A stretch of DNA of 63,050 bases, the filler included, from Porpidia crustulata (lineage: Eukaryota), in assembly GCA_964255105.1 (NCBI GenBank). It is 5 parts of 5 records of this genome, joined end to end, with 100 filler letters (N's around TTAATTAATTAA, not from the genome) between each part and the next. Parts side by side here need not be neighbours in the genome. Positions count along the whole stretch, not along the records: positions 50,535 to 63,050 come from CAXUWE010000523.1; 4 more parts are not named here. The stretch is one strand, 5' to 3'. A model generated the notes under the pieces. The model was not told the origin of the DNA and did no database searches. It worked only from the letters and a program-made list of their open reading frames with translations. A program made the translations under genes and the position numbers. The number at the start of each line of letters is the position of its first letter. Position 1 is the stretch's first letter. Positions 54,701 to 63,050 of this stretch are shown in pieces.

Positions 54701-56594
54701 GAGGTATGAACCTGTCTCAACTCTTGAAGAATTAGGCTGACCCATAGAAAACACCCACCGGACTTCGTGAGTATCTTAGTTACCATGTTTTGCTGAGCCT
54801 CCTCGTCAATAGACGGAAGCTGGTCCATGTTGGCTTCAATATAGAGTTTGATGTCCGACTTTGTGTCGTCCTCTGAGATATCTTCAGATATCACCCTGAC
54901 TCTTGGATGAATCACCTGCCTATATGATTCGAAGCGATCACGAGAGGTAAGCAGAACTCGAATTGAGCATACCTCCACGATTTTAAGGAGTAGAGGCACC
55001 AACTCCGAATCGGCTTTGCATTCGTCCAATGCATCAATGACCCAGTACTGGGGTCGGACGAACTTCATCCTAAGGATACCTTCGACAAATAGCTTGCGCC
55101 ATATCGTCCGATAATCTGCTTTACACAACTGATCATCTTTTTTACAGATCTCAAGCACGCTCTGGAGGACCTCCGAATGCATGTAGGCCATCTGCCAGGC
55201 CATCGATAGGAGGAAAGCATTGATGGCCGTCTTCGATTTATTTCGGTAATCAAAGAAGTAGAAGCTCAAGTCCCGGTTCATATCCCTGAAGTGATGAACA
55301 ATCTTTCCACTTAGTACGGTCTTTCCACTTGCAGGCTTCGCACTTATCCAGTACATCTGCGTATTTGGAGAATCCTGCCACTCCTTGAAGCTCGTCTTTG
55401 TCACCAGCCATTCACAGGATCCTTCCATACGCATAGCGTCGACGTCCAAGAAATCGTCTTCCGGAGCGTCTGACACCCCAAGAACGTTGTCGAGTAGACG
55501 ATGCTGCTCACTATCGAGTTCGCGAGTAGAGAAAATTGCATGGTTTCGAAAACTATCGATGGTCGAGGCGAGCGCATTCCTGACAGTCTGATAATTGGGG
55601 TTGGTCTGTGTAGCAAATTTGCAGACCTCGCGATGATTCGCGTTGAGATATGCAGTGCGCTCGTTCACGTAGCCTAGAGTAGCCAAATCTTTGTCCACCA
55701 CGAGACTCTTTCCGATCCCATAACTCGTTGGAAGTGTCTCATAGAAAGAGTAAAGCTGCAAGTCCTGACAGTGTTGGGGAAATTCATCGTTTATTGATTG
55801 CGTTGCAATGGAGTTGCGATGTAGATCTGCAACAAAGGGCCTTGCACCAGAGGATACGCTTAGAATCTTCGTCAACAACTGAGCGAGATCGGCTCCTCGA
55901 TGGGGCGTTGCTAGGAACAGGATTGTCCGAACCCGCTGAGCGAGTGACATAAAATCTTCCTTTTGCTTCGCCAGAATGTATGCCCTTTTGATCACAAGTC
56001 CTCCCATACTGTGGCCGATGAAGACGATTGGAGCCTATTGTATATGTCAGTAGTCTGATACCTAGGCCCAAGACAACTGAGAATCCTATGGCACCCAAAG
56101 AAAACTGAAGCGAAGGTGCTTACGTCGGAGTCATGAGGGATTAGAGGGCAATCTTGAATCGATCCAAGCAGGGACTTGGCAAAATCATGCAAATTAAGGG
56201 TGCTCTCCTTGTCCCAGTTGGAATCGTAACCAAAACTGTGTATCCTCACATCTTGAAACCCGGGGTCACGTGGCAACCATTCTTGAGGCCAATAAAGCGA
56301 AGGGTCGCCAGACTTCGTCCATGTGCTGCGAGATCCCCCTCCCAGACCATGTACAAACACCAAATCGGCAATGGCAGAAGTAGATGGATCGTAGAGGGTA
56401 TTGAGTCCGAAAGGTCCTCTCGCGTCGGTGCTTGATTCAGTACCACCATCGCGCCTAGAGAGAGTGCGTGAGAGAAAAGACCGATTAGAAGTAGATGACA
56501 ATGATTTGTGGCTCTTGAATGTTTCCATGCTGTACGCACTCCGCTCACCGCTGGCAGCCTCAAGCAAGATCGATTTGGAGGGTGCGGCGGACAC
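51754..56594 (-). CDS. NLR-like protein: SesB-type alpha/beta hydrolase, NACHT and WD40 repeats (about 1600 aa)
   Basis: Hydrolase DLVFVHGLGG, VFIGHSMGG (across an intron at about 56035-56123), FLATPHRG, ANHREVCKF. Walker A SAKPASGKT, Walker B WVIDALDEC, CFLWV, degenerate WD repeats. Start is ATG 56528 or an upstream exon. Confidence 0.92.
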
Positions 56595-57899
56595 CTGACG
56601 TGATGCCAGCAGTCATAACGTTTTGAGAGAAGTGGAGCGGCAAGCGAGTATTTGCTAGACCGAGCACCGTTGACGAGAGCCATTAAAACGGTCTCGAGAC
56701 AGTGGTAATCATTGCGGTTCTAGAGATTCTTCAGCATAGTTCACAATATGGTGGAAAAGGTCGAGATTGATTCCTCGTTCAACATTGCTCCAGGTCCGGA
56801 GTCGGAGTCATGACAGCCTAAAGATTAAGCCCCTACAAACGACACGAGCTCTAAACCAGGGGTAGTTAGTTTTGTAGGCTTGCATAGGATCTTCGGGACA
56901 CCCTCAGCGAAACGTATAACTATATACAAGTGATGGCTTTCTCCAATTGGAGGAGGTTGTTCTTCCCTTATTCAGGGGAAGTTTCAACTACTTGTTTTGT
57001 TTCATCTCTACCTTTTCGGAGTAATTCAACTATGAACTCATACTACCTTTCAGATCCTGCAAATGACTTACAAGTGGTCATGGCTCAATATTCAACACTC
57101 AAGGATTGAGTATTCTCCGCAACGATTAGAGCTTGGAAGCAATTGGGAGGCATACGATGGCTTTGGAGAGCTCCCTGAGTGGTAAGAGATCGGCACCTTC
57201 TCGGTGAAAGGATCTCAATAGAGCCAAGATTCCGGGTGCGTGCATACTGATATGCACGCACGTATACACTCATGAAAATGGCGTTTGGTTAATTCTTCCT
57301 TCCAAGGACATAAGGGCAGGAGGAGCCTTTATGGACCGGCCTGGAAGCTAGTGCTGGGAAGGAACCTGCAGTGTCATCACTGGGTAAGCACGCCGGCAGC
57401 CAAAAAGAGATCCCGCCGATGCCGATCCCCGGTCAGCATTAATCTGTAGCATTAAATTTCATGTTGAAAGTAAAAGCGAATGAGCGACAAGAGTAAATGT
57501 CCTCAAAACTACAGTAACAAATTCGATAATATTGACGAGGAATCGGCAGTTTTTACATTACCTTTTTTTGCTGCCCGTGTGATAAGTTATCCATTCAAGG
57601 CGACCTGCAGGAGGGATCCGACTGATTCGTCAAGAAGACGCAAGCCTACAGGCACATTGTGATAATGATGTAGTGATGCATAGCAAATCCTCAAAGATGG
57701 CGTATTGTTGGTATTCTTTCGGCCAAGTACGCGCCCGGGGCATTTGCCATTATATTCATGCTGCTCCTCATTGGCTAGTCGGAAGGAATATGAAAATTGC
57801 AAGGCTGTTGGCTCGTCCTCTTTAGATTCCTATGATATGTCCAACTCTCAGTTGTGTCTATGTTGATCGCTTGCAGCCTTGTATATACATATATTACCA

Positions 57900-59189
57900 A
57901 TGGTGCAAACAAACGATCCCGAGCCTGTCTGGGATAAGCCGGTCGATGTCCCTGAAAAATGGATTCAAACAGTGGACGACAACGTATTTGCAAGTAAGTC
58001 ATTCCTTTGCGACCGAGAGTCGACAAAGGCACAGAATGTGACGAAAGCAGAACTGCCACCAGGCTCGCAGGTCAAGGGAATCTTCCCCTACGGAGCTAGT
58101 TACTGGACACGGACAGCCGAAATCCAGACGGAGCAGGCGGATGGGGCTCCACTCTCCTTCTTTCTCAAGGTGACGCAACATGAGACTGGGAAGGCCATGG
58201 TGTCTGGTGAATTTGTCTCCATGAAATCGCTCCACGACACACTTCCGCATCTCACCCCTATCCCTTTTGCCTGGGGCACGTATGCCGCTGATCCAAACGT
58301 TCACTTCTTTCTGTGCGGATTCGTCGATATGGCCGACGACCTTCCAGATGTGCAAGCACTGGCAGCATCACTCGCCGACTTACACATGAAGGGCCTGTCA
58401 CCGAATGGCAAATACGGATTTTCGGTGCCGACCCTTCAAGGCACAATCCCTCAATACACCGCTTGGACTGACACATGGGAGGAGTTTTTTTCTAATTCAA
58501 TCAAACTCGTCATGAAAAATGAGGAAAATTCCCAGGGACCAGATCCGGAGTTACAGCGGCTTTGTGAAGCAATCTTGACTAAGGTTATTCCTCGGCTTCT
58601 TCGACCTTTAGAGACTGGAGGCAGGAGAATTCAGCCTCGTCTTGTCCATGGAGATATATGGGATGGGAATGTTTCGACAGACGTTGCGACTAATACGCCC
58701 GTCATCTTTGACGCGACGTGTATATACGCTCATAATGAGAGTATGTCATTCACTGTAGCCTGTTCCACCCATTCTAACAGGGGCAGTTGAACTTGCACCA
58801 CTGCGGCCAGTCAGACATAGGATGGGGAAACCTTATGTGAAGGCATACTTCAAGCACTTTCCAATCTCTGATCCAGAAGAGGACCAGGATGATCGAAATG
58901 CTCTTTACTGCCTGTGAGTGATAAGTTCTACAGAGGACTGGCTAACTGCGATTGTGTGTAATCATCGTTGACCTTATATACAGTCGTTGGGATCTGAATT
59001 GCTCGACATTATATCCTGGGAATCTTCGGTACCGTAAAATGTAAGTGCGAGTCGTACATGGATTGTTGCCAATGGAATACTAAGGATATTGGCAGGTGTT
59101 GTGATGTTATGCGGACTCTTGTCACGAAATACCCGGACGGGTATGAGGGTTGGGCGAAAGAGAAAGGGGAAGATGTCGTAGCTAGATGA
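57900..59189 (+). CDS. Fructosamine kinase / protein-ribulosamine 3-kinase family protein, 4 exons
   Basis: Motifs GASYWT, FFLK, MVSGEF, SPNGKYGF, PRLVHGDIWDGN, IFD, YAHNE. Three 3' introns lead to ...KYPDGYEGW...VAR*. Confidence 0.88.
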
Positions 59190-59922
59190 GAAGGCTGGAG
59201 GCGGGTACCCTACCGGAGATTCGAAGCCTGGTTGGTGATTGCGTATGATATCTGGGGTGGTGATACTATGCCAGACAAGCCAGGTGCCAGCCAATTTATA
59301 CACACAGAATTGCGTTCGGTGATGGCTCCTCCGTACTCCAGTGGGAAGCTCAATGATCCCGAGAACATGACTGCTTGATAGGGCCAAGTCTATCATCATC
59401 GACCTCGAGAAATTTCGCTGATCAGGAGCGACGACTAAAATCTTGGAGATTTCAGTTCGGAGCGTACTACGTACTGACGAATGCTTTCGACTTCGGGGTG
59501 GCTTTTTGTAGACTACCAAAGTCAAAACCTCGGAGAGGTGAACGCACACCTGTCAGCGCACAAAAGGATATATATTATTCTGAATGACATCATTTCGACG
59601 AATCGTCGTCAAATTCTTATAGATAAGTAGGTAAATATCGCAAACTCGTAATCTTTTGCGTCGTCGTTCACAATCGAACGACGACGTGATGAAAGCGTCA
59701 TCATCGTCACATATCTTTTAATAATGCTGAGCATTAATCTTCATGTTGAAAAGGTAAGTGAGTGAGTAGCGCTAAAAAGTATCGCTTTTTTAACTGCTCT
59801 CGTGTCGAGCTTGCGGGGAAGAAGAGGGGATGGTCAGCTACAAAAACACGGATTCCTATAAGAGCATAAATCTTGCCACCAAAGATCGACTGACCACCCC
59901 TACTTCTTACCCTCTCGCCACA

Positions 59923-61611
59923 ATGCTCAAGTCAACCTCCGCAGACAGAGCCCCTTCAAGCTCTGACGAAAATGTCCCGATCGCGCAGCCCAAGTCGTCT
60001 TCCCCATCAAGAAGTGCACCACCATGTACAACCTTTCCAGAAACCGACGAGCCACCCTCTTCATCATCTCCAATACCCTACACTACCTTTACGCCTCGTC
60101 ATAAGTGCCTGCTAACCACCATCCTCATTCTAACCATGCTCGCATCCCCCTTAACAGCCACTATCTATCTACCTTTCCTCCCCCTCCTCGCAACCCAATT
60201 TGCCGTCTCGAGTCAAGCTATCAATCTCACAATAACAATCTACATAATCTTCCAAGCCATCTCCCCACTCCTCTTCGCAACCGCCTCAGACACCCTCGGT
60301 CGCCGTTCCATCTACCTGACCACCTACGCCCTCTACACCATCGCCAGTCTCGGCTTAGCCCTCAACCAGCACAGCTACGTCGCTCTGCTCGTTCTGAGAG
60401 CGTTGCAAAGCCTTGGCGCGTCCGCCGTCCTTGCAGTTGCGTTCGGCGTCGTCGCGGATGTGTGCCCGCCCGCTGAGAGGGGAGCCATGTTGGGGCCCAC
60501 GCAGGGAGCGGCGAATCTGGCGGTATGTTTGGGACCTGTAATTGGGGGTTGGGTAGCCTTGGCCAGTGGAGGCTTTGAATGGGTATTTTGGGCGTTGGTG
60601 ATTTTCGGGACTACGGTGCTGGTAGTAGTAGGGGTGGCGCTGCCGGAGACGGCGAGGAATGTAGTTGGCAATGGGAGCGTGGAAGCAACAGGGTGGAGGA
60701 GAACTTGGTGGTCGATTGCATCGGTCTGGGTGGGAAGGAGGAAAAAGAAGATATCGATTGATGAGGAGATGGTAGAGAAGAGTAATGAGACGGCAGGGGA
60801 AACAAACGTCAGAAAGAGAAGGGAGCGAAACGTAGGAAAGAAAGAGAGATTCAAAAAGGCAAATCCATTAGCTGCTATTCGAATTATCTTCTACAAAGAC
60901 ACAGCGCTTGTCCTCTGGATGGCCGCATCCCCATACGCGGTCTGGTACTGCGTCCAGACCTCCATCCCCTCAATCTACAAAGACACCTATAACTTCAACG
61001 AATTCCAAATCGGACTCTCCTACCTCACGGGCGGAGCTGGCACCGTCCTCGGCGGCTACGCAAACGGCGAGCTCATGGATCGGAATTACAGAGCAACCGC
61101 CCATAAGATAGGCCACACCATCGACAAAGTCTCCGGGGACGATCTAGACAATTTCCCTATCGAGATCGCCCGCACTCGGGGCTCGTGGTACCTCTTAGCA
61201 GTCTATATAGGCGTCCTAGCCGGCTATGGATGGTGCGTCCAAAGCCACGCCCACGAGAGCGTACCCCTGATCTTACAATTCCTACTCGCCGCGCTCTGTA
61301 CATCCTTTCAGCAAACGTTCAATGCGCTGCTCGTAGACATTTTCCCCGTGAGTCCCAGCACGGCTGCTGCGTCGAGTAATATTACACGCTGCACGCTTTC
61401 GGCCGTCGCGGTTACGCTTATTCAGCCTCTGGTGGGTGCCATGGGGCGAGGATGGTTCTTCGTAGTGTTGGCCCTCGTGAGCGGTGGAGGGGGGCTACTA
61501 ACCAATTGGGCGATCAACACGCGGGGGATGCGGTGGCGGCGTCAAAGGCTCTCGAAGAGCAAGATCGTTCGCGAGAAGCACGTAAGTGCGGAGACTAAGA
61601 CGGAAAGCTGA
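59923..61611 (+). CDS. MFS drug:H+ antiporter (DHA1, Qdr-like), intronless
   Basis: Motifs PYTTF, INLTITIY, SDTLGRR, LRALQSLG, PPAERG, LPETARNVVGNG, NALLVD, NITRC. An alternative in-frame ATG lies at 59830. Confidence 0.92.
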   Translation: MLKSTSADRAPSSSDENVPIAQPKSSSPSRSAPPCTTFPETDEPPSSSSPIPYTTFTPRHKCLLTTILILTMLASPLTATIYLPFLPLLATQFAVSSQAINLTITIYIIFQAISPLLFATASDTLGRRSIYLTTYALYTIASLGLALNQHSYVALLVLRALQSLGASAVLAVAFGVVADVCPPAERGAMLGPTQGAANLAVCLGPVIGGWVALASGGFEWVFWALVIFGTTVLVVVGVALPETARNVVGNGSVEATGWRRTWWSIASVWVGRRKKKISIDEEMVEKSNETAGETNVRKRRERNVGKKERFKKANPLAAIRIIFYKDTALVLWMAASPYAVWYCVQTSIPSIYKDTYNFNEFQIGLSYLTGGAGTVLGGYANGELMDRNYRATAHKIGHTIDKVSGDDLDNFPIEIARTRGSWYLLAVYIGVLAGYGWCVQSHAHESVPLILQFLLAALCTSFQQTFNALLVDIFPVSPSTAAASSNITRCTLSAVAVTLIQPLVGAMGRGWFFVVLALVSGGGGLLTNWAINTRGMRWRRQRLSKSKIVREKHVSAETKTES

Positions 61612-61741
61612 GTGATGAGGTCATACGAAGTATCAGAAACCTCCGATTCCCAGGGTGAGGTATTTTGAAACTTAGAGCTCATTGAGGAACATATTATGAT
61701 GCATTGATGGCGCTAAGGGGGGTCGAACTGATTGACCCAAG

Positions 61742-62437
61742 TCAGTGACCACATTTCGGAGCCTCCTTCCTGGATTTGCTAGATTTCCGGGGTTCTTTTC
61801 CTTTGGACTTTTCCTTAGTATTTGATAGTGTATAGTAGTCAGTCAAAGCGATGGCCATTTCATTGATGTCCATTGATTTATTGTTGGCTTTGGCTTCTTG
61901 TATTAGGATAAAGACACAGGGTTCAAGTTCTTTATTGAGGCCCAGTAAGAAAATATTACTAAGGAACCAGTGTGGTATTACTTTGCCATTGTCACTGAGT
62001 TTGGCCGCTGAACTGTTCAGTGCTTCTGCATAGTTCCGAACTGATTTGAAGTCCGATTGTTTGTATCGGATGAGATCCCCGACAGCCAGATATACTTCCA
62101 TGAGATTGAAATCTGAGTATTTAGTCTCAAGTATTGCCCATATTTCCGCAGCCAATCCAACGTTCTCGATATGCATCCTGGGACCCGAGCCAGTATTGAG
62201 GATGATGGTAGTACATACCTGATCATTCTTATCTTGCCAGGTCATCAATTTCTTATCGTAGGTATTTTTTGCCTGTGTCGTAAGTTCGCCAGTTGGAATT
62301 ATCGGCTTCTCCAGCTCCCCTGATGTGACCTGCCATAGACCTTTGGCCATCAAGACAGTGCTCACATCTGTCTTCCACGAGTTATAATTCGCTTCACCTT
62401 TTAGCTCAGGAAACCTGTAGTTGTCAAAGATATCCAT
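61742..62437 (-). mobile_element. Ty1/copia gag ORF, ending at the zinc knuckle; no pol
   Basis: Motifs LKGEANYNSWK, LWQVTSG, AAEIWAILETKY, FLLGL, a basic tail and KCGH followed by a stop. Confidence 0.85.
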
Positions 62438-62537
62438 GATAATGGGTGGTGGGAGACTATTGAGGAGTCCCTATGTGCCGTGATCTTGATGACGGTGATG
62501 CTACTACGTACTGATTTGAGGCTGTCAGAGTGCTAAT

Positions 62538-62773
62538 CCGGGTTCATGATCTATTGAAAGGTATATGAAGATGTAATAGTAGTGCTTATGGAGGTATTTA
62601 CACTTAATTCTATGGGTGGATAATACCATAAAGGCAATATGACTATGAGATGAAAACTGTGCAGTCCTACGGGTTAGCCTTGAAAGGCTGAATTGTCGAC
62701 CCTAGGTGCCTAGGTGCCTAGCACGCCTAGTCACGTGGTTACCCAGAGGGCCTGGAATACTGGAAGATTGATA
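62538..62773 (-). mobile_element. Mutated 5' LTR (about 62552-62773) and primer-binding site of the copia element
   Basis: Minus strand TATCAA...TTCAATA followed by GATCATGAACCCGG, resembling the fungal copia junction CAACA-GGTTATGAGCCC with transition changes. Internal CCTAGGTG repeats and GTCACGTG. Confidence 0.6.
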
Positions 62774-63050
62774 GGAAGTTCCACGTAGTAATCTAGCAAA
62801 TGAGCTTACGGAGTGTCTGCTGAGCACGCAAAGAATGAAAAAATCCATATCGCAAAACTCGATCCTCATCGATATTAATTAGACTTAATGGTTGTTCTAA
62901 AAAGACTTTTCAATGATTCTACGAAGTCTGACAGTGTGTCGTTCAATCTCGTTTTTGACGTTCATCATCACTTGACTTTAAGAATCGAGTTTTTCGATAG
63001 GAGTATTCCCGGGCCCGTGCACGTTCCGGTCCCGTGCACACCCCAAACCC

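Overview
Genomic DNA of a filamentous ascomycete (spliceosomal introns with GT...CTRAC...AG, fungal gene families, RIP-like AT-rich repeat relics). The window is not one locus. It is five contigs joined by identical 100-bp spacers (44N-TTAATTAATTAA-44N), with strictly descending lengths (12537, 12534, 12533, 12530, 12516 bp), so adjacency across spacers is artificial. Contig 1 has two divergent NRPS-like A-T-R carboxylic-acid reductases around an aldo-keto reductase, bounded by LTR relics. Contig 2 has a ubiquitin-like-domain gene fused to a large uncharacterised domain, a DHA1 MFS transporter and a truncated NACHT/WD NLR-like gene. Contig 3 has a Ca2+/H+ exchanger, a phenol 2-monooxygenase, Akr1 palmitoyltransferase and a truncated TTI1. 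Contig 4 has a small secreted Cys protein, a class-3 lipase, a Prr1-like kinase, ILV3, an Nhp10-like HMG protein and a truncated RMD1-like gene. Contig 5 has a SesB-hydrolase-NACHT-WD NLR, a fructosamine-kinase-family gene, a DHA1 MFS transporter and a gag-only copia remnant. The best candidates for undescribed biology are the twin-reductase/AKR island and the UBL fusion protein with a candidate amphipathic beta-hairpin. Gene calls come from motif recognition by eye, and exon boundaries are approximate.
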